Of a stretch of 64,000 nt of DNA, positions 9,810 through 19,284 are shown piece by piece (position 1 is the stretch's first letter; each line of letters opens with the position of its first letter). Location: positions 608,001 through 672,000 of the forward strand of contig OY820579.1 in NCBI GenBank assembly GCA_963681965.1, given 5' to 3'. A program made the translations under genes and the position numbers. Below the pieces are notes generated by a model that had not been told where the DNA came from, did not search any database, and worked only from the letters and a program-made list of their open reading frames with translations. The stretch comes from a bacterium. Its GTDB lineage: Bacteria > Electryoneota > JAOADG01.

Positions 9810-9929
9810 AAAAAAATCGGGGCGATTGCCCCGATTCAGACTCGTTGGTGGTGTCGAAGTCAGGGCGTGTCAATTCGGCGGTGTTACGACCGCACTTTCG
9901 ATAACGCTACTAACAGGCGACAATTGCAT
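9810..9929 (-). promoter_or_regulatory. Putative ribosome-mediated transcription attenuator of valS
   Basis: A Val-rich leader ORF, alternative pairings, and an AATCGGGGC-aatc-GCCCCGATT stem with U-tract just upstream of the valS start. Confidence 0.7.
9870..9929 (-). CDS. valS leader peptide MQLSPVSSVIESAVVTPPN
   Basis: 19 codons with 4 Val (GTT, GTT, GTC, GTA), preceded by purine-rich AAGGGTGGAAGC. Confidence 0.65.
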   Translation of the reverse strand: MQLSPVSSVIESAVVTPPN

Positions 9930-10257
9930 GCTTCCACCCTTCAATTGATTAACGGCACCAATATAATATGATCCCGTCTCAAAACAAAAATATTCGCGAA
10001 ATACACAAAGGCGGTCTCTTCGAAAAGAAACCGCCCGCTAACCATTGTTCTCAACTTGACAAACACGAAAATCTCATTACATCGGATCGAACCTCATCAC
10101 CACTTACCCATCCCGAGTTCTTATTATGCAGAGCGCGTGCCATCTCTTATCGTTTCACAATACATTGTAATAATTGGACATAAAATGTGCCCTACGCAGA
10201 AAATGCAGGCGTATTCGCGCAAAGATTGCGTAAAAGATGCAGACTTTTCGCGATTGG

Positions 10258-11775
10258 TTACCGTGAAAATTCGGTCAGGCTGGTGGTGAGTAAGAAATTG
10301 GTCAAGCGGGGATTATGGATGCCATACGAACCGTCGCGGGAGAGGAATTGGTAGATCCAGCGCGCCTCACGGTACGCAATACTAGCGGTGTCGGATAATG
10401 ACTGGTGTTGTTGTATCCTAGTGGCAAGGGAGTCCAGTTTCATGCGTACCGATTGTTGCGATTGTGCGATGAAATCCAACCCACTACCCGGATGACAAAA
10501 CTCGCAGGCTTGGGATGTAACTTGGAAACTGTGATCGCTCCTCGCAGATACCCCTTGTTGCCACGGTTCGCGATAAAGATGACAAATCGCGCAACTGCCG
10601 CCCAAATTACCATGCTCACCGGAAAGCGGTGCGGTGCTATCCGAGCCGTATACAATCGCAGTCAAATTATGCGTCAGCAGATCCGCTTGTGGATGTATGG
10701 GCAAGTGATCTGAGTTGAGCGGTAAATCGATATTCGGTTGATGACAGCGCTGGCAAAGCAAATCGGGTGTCAGACGCAGCATTTTATAAGTCGGGTGCCG
10801 GGGATGCGCCGAATGGCAAACCGCACACCCGATTATGACGGGTTCAGATTCGGCGCTATTCCAGAACGCAACCGAATCGCCGTTTAAACGCTTGATCGCT
10901 TGGCTGGTTTGATGGCAACCGGCACAGCGATTGGGATCGGAAGATGCCAAAATCTCGGCACGAATGAGTGTCGATTTGCGGTTATGGGTCTGGGTATCGA
11001 TGGATGTCATCGGATGTTGCGAAATGAGCGGTAAAGTCCGATGACAGCGGATACACTGCTGTTGCGCGGCAACGTTATCGCGAAAACCATTGATCGACAA
11101 ATGCTGCGAACCACCATAACCGTAGCGTTCCGATGGACCATGACACGCTTCGCATTGAATGCCATTCATTCGGTCGGTGAAAACTTCATCGGCACCACCA
11201 TTAGCCAGTATCGTATCGTATCCGGTGGTATGACATTGACGACAAACGGCATTGACCGTCGATACCGTTAAAGATGCATGTGCCGTTCCCGACCAAGCCA
11301 CCGCAAATGCGTTGTGGCACTGGATGCAACCGTTGTCCGTTCCCCGATATTGGGGATGATCGACAGCGATATATCCGGCAATTTTCTCTTCAAGCGCCCC
11401 AGAAACCGACCAATCCGATCCATATGCAACGCACTGGATCCGAAGTGAAATCATGTGTACCGATGAGTCCGGTATGACAATCGTCAAGCGGTTCGTAATG
11501 ATCGATAAATGAGTTGTATCGATCGATTTCCACTCACCGGCAGCGTCGCCTGCCAAGAATTGCCAAACATAGATCACACTATCATTCGGCGCATTTTTAA
11601 CTACTGCATCAATCGTGTCGATCGATCCGGAAATGAAAATGCCACGATGTGTTTTGTGCAATTCCAGCGAAATAGGGGCATCGGTATGCGATTTATCGCA
11701 ACCGGTGAATATAACGGTCAGATAACTGAGAACTATGAAGAGAAGTGGCAACCGATAATATGAGTTGATTGACAT
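10258..11775 (-). CDS. Multiheme c-type cytochrome lipoprotein (9 CxxCH)
   Basis: Lipobox FTG-C; CIQCH, CRQCH, CEACH, CIRCH, CAGCH, CAVCH, CQRCH, CAICH, CEFCH; C-terminal DGSYGIHNP. Confidence 0.88.
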   Translation of the reverse strand: MSINSYYRLPLLFIVLSYLTVIFTGCDKSHTDAPISLELHKTHRGIFISGSIDTIDAVVKNAPNDSVIYVWQFLAGDAAGEWKSIDTTHLSIITNRLTIVIPDSSVHMISLRIQCVAYGSDWSVSGALEEKIAGYIAVDHPQYRGTDNGCIQCHNAFAVAWSGTAHASLTVSTVNAVCRQCHTTGYDTILANGGADEVFTDRMNGIQCEACHGPSERYGYGGSQHLSINGFRDNVAAQQQCIRCHRTLPLISQHPMTSIDTQTHNRKSTLIRAEILASSDPNRCAGCHQTSQAIKRLNGDSVAFWNSAESEPVIIGCAVCHSAHPRHPTYKMLRLTPDLLCQRCHQPNIDLPLNSDHLPIHPQADLLTHNLTAIVYGSDSTAPLSGEHGNLGGSCAICHLYREPWQQGVSARSDHSFQVTSQACEFCHPGSGLDFIAQSQQSVRMKLDSLATRIQQHQSLSDTASIAYREARWIYQFLSRDGSYGIHNPRLTNFLLTTSLTEFSR

Positions 11776-11897
11776 ATTTCATCTATATTTCGACGATTTG
11801 TTAACAAAGTTAATACACAATTCATAGCTTTGGTACTCGGGTTGGAATTTTCAAGATTTTTTTCCATTTTCTAGACGACAACCATCGAGGAGCAACC

Positions 11898-12356
11898 ATG
11901 CCTAAGAAAATTACTAAATCTCCTGCTAAACCGTCTGTTTCCAGTTCATCCACCACCGATTTCAACGGTAATCTCCCGAAAACCAACTCGGTAATCACGC
12001 GTCACCTCTGTCTAAATCGAGATTTAGGTGTGGGCGGGAACCTGTTCGGCGGGGTGATGTTAAGCTGGATCGACGAGGCGGCTGGGATCTACGCCATGCT
12101 GGTAATTGGTTCCGAAATGATTGTGACTCGAGCATTTGAGCACGCCGAATTCCACCATCCCGTTCGTCTGGGCGATCTCGTCGAGTTTATTGCCGATGGC
12201 TACAAAATCGGTCGCACCAGTATCACCGTGAACCTCCGGGTAGTCATACTCGAAGTATCCACTGGGCACCGGATCGACACGCATTCGGTCGCTGTGACCA
12301 TGGTTCATGTCTCGCGCAGCGGTTTCCCGCTTGAAATCAAGAAAGTCGGCGTTTAA
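11898..12356 (+). CDS. Acyl-CoA thioesterase (hotdog fold, YciA-like)
   Basis: GNLFGGVMLSWIDEAA, FHHPVRLGD and GRTSITV. Confidence 0.88.
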   Translation: MPKKITKSPAKPSVSSSSTTDFNGNLPKTNSVITRHLCLNRDLGVGGNLFGGVMLSWIDEAAGIYAMLVIGSEMIVTRAFEHAEFHHPVRLGDLVEFIADGYKIGRTSITVNLRVVILEVSTGHRIDTHSVAVTMVHVSRSGFPLEIKKVGV

Positions 12357-12367
12357 CAACAATCGTT

Positions 12368-12469
12368 TCTCTTGAAAATAAGTTATCATCGGTAGTAGGG
12401 GCGGACCCCCGCGTCCGCCCGCAGGTCAGGCGAAGCCTGACACCGAATCATGACAACTTATTTCAAGAG
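12368..12469 (+). repeat. MITE-like repeat copy 1, containing a GTAG-type REP
   Basis: Ends TCTTGAAAATAAGTT...AACTTATTTCAAGA; internal GTAGGGGCGGACCCCCGCGTCCGCCC and GTCAGGCGAAGCCTGAC. Confidence 0.85.
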
Positions 12470-12592
12470 CCACTAGAGAAATTGCTTCACGTTACTCGGT
12501 GAGTACGTACTAGCAACAATTTGATCTCCCAAAGATTGCTGCGATTTTCCCGATTGCTCGCTTCGCAATTCCCGATAGCGTATCTTTTCACC

Positions 12593-13771
12593 ATGCTTGA
12601 TCCAACCCATCACAAACTTCAGGAACGCGTCAAGGAATTGACGGCGTTGCATCGTACTGCGCGCCTGCTTCAGGACGATTCGCAACCTCCGGAATTGCTG
12701 ATGCGCGAGATTGCGACGCTGTTACCTCCGGCATGGCAGTATCCCGAAGTGACGGAAGCGAGGATCCGGTTCGAGGATATCGATGTTGCAACACCGGGAT
12801 TTGTCATCACTCCTTGGCTTCAACGAGCGACATTTTTACCCCGGTTAGGCAATACCGGAACCATCGAAATCGTATACACCGCAGAACGTCCTCCCGAGGT
12901 GGAAGGGGTATTCCTAGCGGAAGAGCGCGACTTGATCGACTCGCTGGCGGAAATGCTCCGCGCCTATTTTCAGAAGAAGCTTGCCGATCGGGAATTGCAG
13001 CAGGCACACGAAAACCTCGAACAACTCGTCGCTGCCCGAACCAGCGAGCTTCAGGCGACGAATGCCGAATTGGCGAAAGAAATCGAACGACATCAGTTGG
13101 CGAGAAAGCAGATCGAAGAGTATCAGGATCGCTTGCGTAAATTAGCCACCGAATTGACATTGGCGGAAGCGAAAGAACGACGCGAGTTGGCGGTCGATCT
13201 GCACGATCATATCTCACAAGAATTTGCGTTTATCAAGATGCGATTGCAGCAATTCAAAGGGGATGCAATCTTCTGCGGGTTCGAGAATAATCTTGATGAA
13301 ATTCTTTCGCTAGTCGACAAAGCGATCCAGTATACCCGCAAATTGACTTACGAAATCAGCTCACCGATTCTTTACGAACTGGGTCTATCGGCGGCGCTGG
13401 AGTGGTTGGCAGAACAATTCGAAAAAAAACATCAACTCAAAGTCGTCGTTACGCTGCACTCGCATCCACTCAATTTGTCCGAAGCCATACGAGTAATGTT
13501 ATTTAAATCGGTCAATGAGTTGTTAACGAATTGCGTTAAGTACGCTCAGGCAAGTAAGATCACGATCACTGTCGAACGGCGAATGGGTAAACTCGCCATT
13601 GTCGTCGCCGATGACGGTGTCGGCTTCGATACGAATAAACTGGAGTCGGTGGATACCGAGCGCGGCGGTTTCGGTCTGTTCAGCATTCGTGAGCGATTGC
13701 GGTACTTCGGTGGCGAAATGTCGATCGTCTCGATTTTGAATTGCGGTACAACGATTACAATCGCGATCTAA
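12593..13771 (+). CDS. Cytoplasmic sensor histidine kinase (HisKA_3, NarX/UhpB type)
   Basis: ERRELAVDLHD H-box, ELLTNCVKYA, DDGVGFD and GFGLFSIRER; no TM segment. Confidence 0.92.
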   Translation: MLDPTHHKLQERVKELTALHRTARLLQDDSQPPELLMREIATLLPPAWQYPEVTEARIRFEDIDVATPGFVITPWLQRATFLPRLGNTGTIEIVYTAERPPEVEGVFLAEERDLIDSLAEMLRAYFQKKLADRELQQAHENLEQLVAARTSELQATNAELAKEIERHQLARKQIEEYQDRLRKLATELTLAEAKERRELAVDLHDHISQEFAFIKMRLQQFKGDAIFCGFENNLDEILSLVDKAIQYTRKLTYEISSPILYELGLSAALEWLAEQFEKKHQLKVVVTLHSHPLNLSEAIRVMLFKSVNELLTNCVKYAQASKITITVERRMGKLAIVVADDGVGFDTNKLESVDTERGGFGLFSIRERLRYFGGEMSIVSILNCGTTITIAI

Positions 13772-13783
13772 CACGAGGATTTC

Positions 13784-14437
13784 ATGGCATCGATTCGATT
13801 ATTACTGGCTGACGATCACAAACTATTCCGGGCGGGATTGAAACAAATTCTCTCGCGACAGCCGGAACTACTGGTGGTTGGCGAAGCCGAGAATGGATTT
13901 CAAGCGGTCGAATTGGCAATGTCATTGAAGCCGGATCTGGTATTGATGGATATCTCGATGCCCGAATTGAACGGCATCGAAGCAACCCGGCGCATCCTCG
14001 AAACGAATCCTACCATCAAAATTGTGATTCTATCGATGCACTCCGACCGCCGGTATATTTCCGAAGCGTTGCGGGTCGGCGCAAAAGGATATTTACTCAA
14101 AGACTCGGCGCCGGAAGAGTTGAATCTCGCACTCCACAAGGCGATGCAGAATCAATTTTATCTATCGTCAAAAATTAACGAGCAGGTGATCACCGATTTC
14201 ATCCGGTTATCCGACGCCAATGCCGAAACGGCATTCAGTACTCTGAGTGCACGCGAGCGCGAAGTGCTGCAACAGCTTGCCGAAGGAAAATCGACCAAGC
14301 AAATTGCCGATAAGTTGTTCGTCAGCGTGAAGACCGTCGAGACGCATCGCATGCACATTATGGATAAATTGAATATTCACACCATTGCCGAATTGACCCG
14401 CTACGCGATTCGCGAAGGGTTGACACCACTAGAGTAA
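13784..14437 (+). CDS. NarL/LuxR-family response regulator
   Basis: LADDH, MDISMP, GYLLK and a LuxR HTH (LSAREREVL...SVKTVETHR). Confidence 0.95.
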   Translation: MASIRLLLADDHKLFRAGLKQILSRQPELLVVGEAENGFQAVELAMSLKPDLVLMDISMPELNGIEATRRILETNPTIKIVILSMHSDRRYISEALRVGAKGYLLKDSAPEELNLALHKAMQNQFYLSSKINEQVITDFIRLSDANAETAFSTLSAREREVLQQLAEGKSTKQIADKLFVSVKTVETHRMHIMDKLNIHTIAELTRYAIREGLTPLE

Positions 14438-14448
14438 GGAGATTCAAT

Positions 14449-14889
14449 ATGTCGACATTAACCGATAAACAGTCGTTTCTTGCCGGAAAGCGCTTTGCCG
14501 TCGTCGGAATTTCTACCGGTAGAGGATTTGGAAACAGTGTCTATCGCGATTTAACCGCAAAAGGATACACGATGTATCCCGTCAGTATCAGTGCAACGAC
14601 AATTGAAGGCGTTCAGTGCTACAAAAAACTGTCGGATATTACCGAACCGATCGATGGTGTCATCACGGTCGTACCACCGGCGGCAACCGAGCAAATCGTT
14701 CAGGAATGCATTGCACTTGGGATCAAGAAAATATGGATGCAAGTCGGATCGGAATCAAAAACCGCAATCGCGACAGCGCAGGCAAACGGTATCACCGTGA
14801 TCAGCGATCACTGCATCATGATGTATGCACAACCATCCTTCCCCCATAATTTTCACGGCTGGATTGCGAAAATGACCGGTAAATATTAG
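14449..14889 (+). CDS. CoA-binding protein (YccU-like)
   Basis: FAVVGIS, YPV, GIKKIWMQ and CIMMY. Confidence 0.88.
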   Translation: MSTLTDKQSFLAGKRFAVVGISTGRGFGNSVYRDLTAKGYTMYPVSISATTIEGVQCYKKLSDITEPIDGVITVVPPAATEQIVQECIALGIKKIWMQVGSESKTAIATAQANGITVISDHCIMMYAQPSFPHNFHGWIAKMTGKY

Positions 14890-14919
14890 GCGTTAGATAA
14901 GCTCCCCCCGTACCCCTTT

Positions 14920-14950
14920 CCCGACTTCTTATTGAAGTCGGGTTTGTTGT
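14920..14950 (+). terminator. Terminator after the CoA-binding gene
   Basis: CCCGACTTC/GAAGTCGGG followed by TTTGTTGT. Confidence 0.65.
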
Positions 14951-14988
14951 ATCAGTTATTCCCTACTGAAAATCAGGATTCTCCCGAT
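14951..14988 (+). promoter_or_regulatory. Putative tandem NarL/LuxR-type boxes upstream of amtB
   Basis: Imperfect palindrome ATCAGGATTCTCCCGAT (14972-14988) and a weaker copy ATCAGTTATTCCCTACT 21 bp upstream. Confidence 0.4.
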
Positions 14989-15040
14989 ACCCCTTTTTAC
15001 ACACATCCACTACTTTGGTAACGGTAGTAAACTAAGAGGT

Positions 15041-15146
15041 TCTTGAAAATAAGTTGTCATGATTCGGTGTCAGGCTTCGCCTAACCTGCGGGCGGACGCG
15101 GGGGTCCGCCCCTACTACCGATAACAACTTATTTCAAGAGATACTA
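15041..15146 (-). repeat. MITE-like repeat copy 2 (inverted)
   Basis: Near-identical reverse complement of 12368-12469. Confidence 0.85.
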
Positions 15147-15178
15147 TTACTCTGTTTCCCATTCCAAGAGGTTTCACT

Positions 15179-16405
15179 ATGGTCAATTTCGATACCGGCA
15201 ACACCGGGTTTATGCTCGTTGCCACCAGTCTCGTCATGCTCATGACACCGGGACTGGCGTTCTTTTATGGCGGTCTGGTCGGACGCAAAAACGTGCTGAC
15301 GATCATGATCCAGAGTTTCGTCTCGATGGGCGTCACCACAATTATCTGGTGGGCATTCGGTTATTCACTCTGCTTCAGCGGTGGCGAAGGGGGGATTATT
15401 GGCAATCTGGATAAAGCCTTCATGATCGGAGTTACCCTCAATACACCCTCGCCATTCGGTTCCGGCAATATTCCCGAATTCGTGTTTATGGCATATCAGA
15501 TGATGTTCGCAATCATCACCCCGGCACTGATCACCGGTGCATTTTCGAATCGTGTCCGGTTCGGTGCGTATCTGGCATTTTTAGTCGCATGGTTGGTATT
15601 TGTCTATTTCCCGTTCGTACACATGGTTTGGGGTAATGGCTTGCTTGCCAAGTTGGGCGTTCTAGATTTCGCCGGCGGTATCGTTGTGCACAACATCGCC
15701 GGTATGGCGGCTCTTGCTTCGGTGCTTTACGTCGGTCGCCGGAAAGTCGGCGATGCCATTCCTCATAGTATTCCTTTGGTCGCTTTGGGAACTGGTTTAC
15801 TCTGGTTCGGTTGGTACGGTTTCAATGCCGGTAGCGAATTGAAAGTCGATGCCGTCACCGGATTGGCGTTTTTGAATACCGATATCGCCGCATCGTTCGC
15901 CGGTCCAACCTGGTTGTTGCTGGCTTGGATTTTCGAAAAGAAGCCAAAGTTCCTCGGCTTGTTAACAGGTGCAGTCGCCGGTCTTGCAACGATCACACCT
16001 TGCGCTGGTTATGTCACGCCCACTAGCGCGGTACTCATTGGTATCATCGCCGGTGCCGTCTGTTATATGGCGGTCAATCTGAAGAATCGTCTCGGCTGGG
16101 ACGACGCGCTTGACGTCTGGGGTGTACACGGTGTTGGTGGAATGATTGGTATTATTCTGCTCGGTATCATGGCGGATAAAGCGGTGAATGCTAGCGGTGC
16201 TAACGGTCTGCTGAACGGCGACTCGCACTTTTTTATGGTGCAGTTGATGGCGGTCGTAGTCTCGTCGATTTACGCGTTCGGCTTTACTTACTTGATGCTG
16301 GCGGTTATCAATCTCTTTACCCGGGTACGAACTTCGGAAGGGGAAGAAGAGAAGGGTCTCGACCAATCGTTGCATGGCGAAACCGCCTACACCGAAGGGG
16401 TTTAA
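15179..16405 (+). CDS. amtB: Ammonium transporter
   Basis: LMTPGLAFFYGG, DFAGGIVVH, WFGWYGFNAGS and DDALDVWGVHG; both pore histidines present. Confidence 0.97.
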   Translation: MVNFDTGNTGFMLVATSLVMLMTPGLAFFYGGLVGRKNVLTIMIQSFVSMGVTTIIWWAFGYSLCFSGGEGGIIGNLDKAFMIGVTLNTPSPFGSGNIPEFVFMAYQMMFAIITPALITGAFSNRVRFGAYLAFLVAWLVFVYFPFVHMVWGNGLLAKLGVLDFAGGIVVHNIAGMAALASVLYVGRRKVGDAIPHSIPLVALGTGLLWFGWYGFNAGSELKVDAVTGLAFLNTDIAASFAGPTWLLLAWIFEKKPKFLGLLTGAVAGLATITPCAGYVTPTSAVLIGIIAGAVCYMAVNLKNRLGWDDALDVWGVHGVGGMIGIILLGIMADKAVNASGANGLLNGDSHFFMVQLMAVVVSSIYAFGFTYLMLAVINLFTRVRTSEGEEEKGLDQSLHGETAYTEGV

Positions 16406-16428
16406 CTCCTTTCTAAATTATTCGATCG

Positions 16429-16460
16429 ATGGAGGCTGTACTATGCAGCCTCCATTTTAT
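16429..16460 (+). terminator. Hairpin/terminator after amtB
   Basis: ATGGAGGCTG/CAGCCTCCAT followed by TTTAT. Confidence 0.6.
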
Positions 16461-16503
16461 TGGAACATCATTTTTCAAGCTGACTTTATCTCGGAGTTAC
16501 TTT

Positions 16504-17274
16504 ATGCGAAAACTAATCTTCGCCATACTGTGCGTTGGTCTGATCTTTACTAACACAGTGTTTGCAACAGCTTCTACCCATATTTGGGCACCGAGCACCG
16601 ACATTCAACCTTTCAACCTCTGGCACATCACTTGGGACGGGTACTTACCGGCACAACTTGACAAAGATGCTCAAGGGAATGGTACGCGATTAGCACCAGT
16701 TACGAATCTAGGGATAACAACGGGGATATTACCCTTTCAGAAAGTGCAGATGGAGCTGGGAATCGACCACAAGGCGGGTCTCAGTACAGCGGATAAGTAT
16801 CCGATGTATGTCAATGCAAAAGTCGGTATTCCGGAAGGAACATTCGGAAAACATTTTCCGGCAATCGCGGCAGGTGGCTTCGATTTCGGGACGAAAGCCG
16901 ATGTAACCGATTACAATGTTTTATACGCTAAAGTCGCCAAAACATTTCCGACGATCGGAAAAATCTCGGTCGGCTATTTCAGCGGCAACAAAAAATTGCT
17001 ACTGAACAAAAACGGCGAGAAAGACAATGCCGGTCCGATGGTTGCTTGGGAACGCACAATGCCGGAAATTAGCGATAAATTGTGGCTTTGTGTCGACTAT
17101 ATGGGTACTAAAAGCGCGTATGGTACGCTGAATCTCGGTTTTTCGTGGAAATGCGCCGATAACATAAGCATTCTCTGCGGTTACGATATTGTCAACGATA
17201 AAGATCTTACCGGAGTGGAAAACTGCGTTACGGTTCAAGCGGATATCGATCTTAGATGCTTTGGCTGTAAGTAG
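16504..17274 (+). CDS. Exported protein, probable outer-membrane beta-barrel
   Basis: Signal peptide (MRKLIFAILCVGLIFTNTVFA) and alternating amphipathic beta-strands. Confidence 0.6.
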   Translation: MRKLIFAILCVGLIFTNTVFATASTHIWAPSTDIQPFNLWHITWDGYLPAQLDKDAQGNGTRLAPVTNLGITTGILPFQKVQMELGIDHKAGLSTADKYPMYVNAKVGIPEGTFGKHFPAIAAGGFDFGTKADVTDYNVLYAKVAKTFPTIGKISVGYFSGNKKLLLNKNGEKDNAGPMVAWERTMPEISDKLWLCVDYMGTKSAYGTLNLGFSWKCADNISILCGYDIVNDKDLTGVENCVTVQADIDLRCFGCK

Positions 17275-17303
17275 TCTTGAACTAACGGGTTTTCACTCAA
17301 CCG

Positions 17304-17336
17304 ACGGTGGGCAAATCGCCCACCGTTTCGGTTTTT
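17304..17336 (+). terminator. Rho-independent terminator
   Basis: ACGGTGGGC/GCCCACCGT followed by a T-rich tail. Confidence 0.65.
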
Positions 17337-17547
17337 GGAATTCGGCAAAATGCATCGAAAATAGCCACTCACTCCGAGTATCCTATTATATATTTGTTCG
17401 AAAAAAGAATATATTACTTCGTTTCAATACATATCCGGTTTCAACGATCCATCGACGTAATCGCTGGAACCACGACCCAATTTATTTCCGGTATTCCTTA
17501 CAGGCATCTTGAAGCCTGCTCCGATCCCTGCATAGCATGAGGCGACA

Positions 17548-19254
17548 ATGATTCATTCGCGGCATCTATTTTTAGTACTGGTCTTAACCGTCACAATGGT
17601 AGCACTTGCGGCTGCCGGCGATGTGGTTTTGACTACAATGCAATCCGAGTTGCAACGATCGATGGAAAATCTCGGTCACGCAACACCAAAAGCACCAATG
17701 TATTTCCTGCAATATTCCGTATACGACAAGAATTCGTTTACAATCGCATGTGTCGACGGTGGCTTGACCGAACCGCGGAAAAACCATTCCCGCAACTTTA
17801 CCGTCGACCTTCGTGTCGGTTCCAAAGCGCTCGATAACACCCACGAATTACGCGGCAGCAACAATTATCGCGACAACTACGAAGCGGCGCGCGAACAACC
17901 GTTCCCACTCGAGAACGACACTGCAGCCATGCGAACGCTGCTCTGGAACGAGACCGAGTATCGTTACCAAAAGGCGAAAGAGCGCTTCACCAAAGTACTG
18001 ACCAATAAGCAAGTCAAGGTGAACGAAGAAGAGCGCGCCGACGATTTTTCGACTGTGGCACCGCAAACCTTCGAAGAACCGTCGTCAATCACCAAACTCG
18101 ACACTGCCAAGTGGCGCAGTTTGATCAAGAAAATCGGGATGAAGTTTTCGAGCGACCCGGTTGTCACAAATTCCTATGTAACCATCAACACCAGCGATCG
18201 TACGACTTATCTGGTCAATACTGACGGTTCAAAGATCAAACAGACATTGCACTATGTCGTATTCGCGATGGATATCGACGGTATGGCAGAAGACGGCATG
18301 GATCTGTCGCGCTCCGAACAGTACAACAGCGCAACACCCGAGAACTTACCAACCGAAGATAAATTGCTTGCCGACGCCGACCGCTTAATTTCTGAGCTGA
18401 AATCGTTGATGAAAGCACCGGTCGTCGATCCCTATATTGGACCGGCAATTTTGAAAAACCGCGCCAGTGGCGTATTCTTCCACGAAATTTTCGGACATCG
18501 CATCGAAGGTCACCGACAAAAGAGCGCGACGGAAGGTCAGACTTTCACCAAGAAAGTGAATGAACTGATTCTGCCGAAATTTATCAGCGTGTACGACGAC
18601 CCGACTATGAAGAAGTTAGGCAAGACGGATCTTCGCGGTTATTACAAGTATGACGACGAAGGGGTTCAGGCACAGCGCGTTGCGATCGTCGAACATGGCA
18701 TCCTTCGCAACTTCCTCACCTACCGTTCACCGTTAAAGCAGTTCCCGAACAGCAACGGACACGGTCGTCGCGAAGGCGGCAATCCGATCGTCAGCCGACA
18801 AGGTAATCTGATGGTGGTCGCCGATACCGAAGTGACGTACGACCGCTTGAAAGCAATGTTGATTGAAGAATGCAAGCGACAAAATAAACCATACGGTTTA
18901 ATTTTCGACGATATTTCCGGTGGCTTCACGACCACGCGACGCCAAGGACCGCAGGCATTTAAAGTATTGCCACTGCTGGTTCACCGAATTTATGCCGATG
19001 GCAAACCCGACGAAATCGTTCGTGGTGTCGACATTGTCGGAACGCCATTAACGAGTTTCAGTAAAATTATTATGGCAGCAAACGACACCGATGTCTTCAA
19101 CGGTACGTGCGGCGCCGAATCCGGATATGTTCCGGTATCGGCATCCTCGCCCAGCATTCTCGTCTCCGAAATCGAAGTCGAGAAACGTCAGAAGGGTCAG
19201 GAAAAACCGCCAATTCTTCCGCCACCGACGGCGAAGACGAGTAGTGGGCACTAG
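17548..19254 (+). CDS. TldD-family metalloprotease with signal peptide
   Basis: FFHEIFGHRIE zinc motif, YDDEGV, SNGHGR and C-terminal CGAESG. Confidence 0.88.
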   Translation: MIHSRHLFLVLVLTVTMVALAAAGDVVLTTMQSELQRSMENLGHATPKAPMYFLQYSVYDKNSFTIACVDGGLTEPRKNHSRNFTVDLRVGSKALDNTHELRGSNNYRDNYEAAREQPFPLENDTAAMRTLLWNETEYRYQKAKERFTKVLTNKQVKVNEEERADDFSTVAPQTFEEPSSITKLDTAKWRSLIKKIGMKFSSDPVVTNSYVTINTSDRTTYLVNTDGSKIKQTLHYVVFAMDIDGMAEDGMDLSRSEQYNSATPENLPTEDKLLADADRLISELKSLMKAPVVDPYIGPAILKNRASGVFFHEIFGHRIEGHRQKSATEGQTFTKKVNELILPKFISVYDDPTMKKLGKTDLRGYYKYDDEGVQAQRVAIVEHGILRNFLTYRSPLKQFPNSNGHGRREGGNPIVSRQGNLMVVADTEVTYDRLKAMLIEECKRQNKPYGLIFDDISGGFTTTRRQGPQAFKVLPLLVHRIYADGKPDEIVRGVDIVGTPLTSFSKIIMAANDTDVFNGTCGAESGYVPVSASSPSILVSEIEVEKRQKGQEKPPILPPPTAKTSSGH

Positions 19255-19284
19255 GAATTGAGTCAATCAACCGTTGAGGCTATC

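Noticed and set aside
9810-9960. T-box riboswitch upstream of valS
   Set aside because: No T-box consensus or specifier stem is recognizable; the leader-peptide model fits better.
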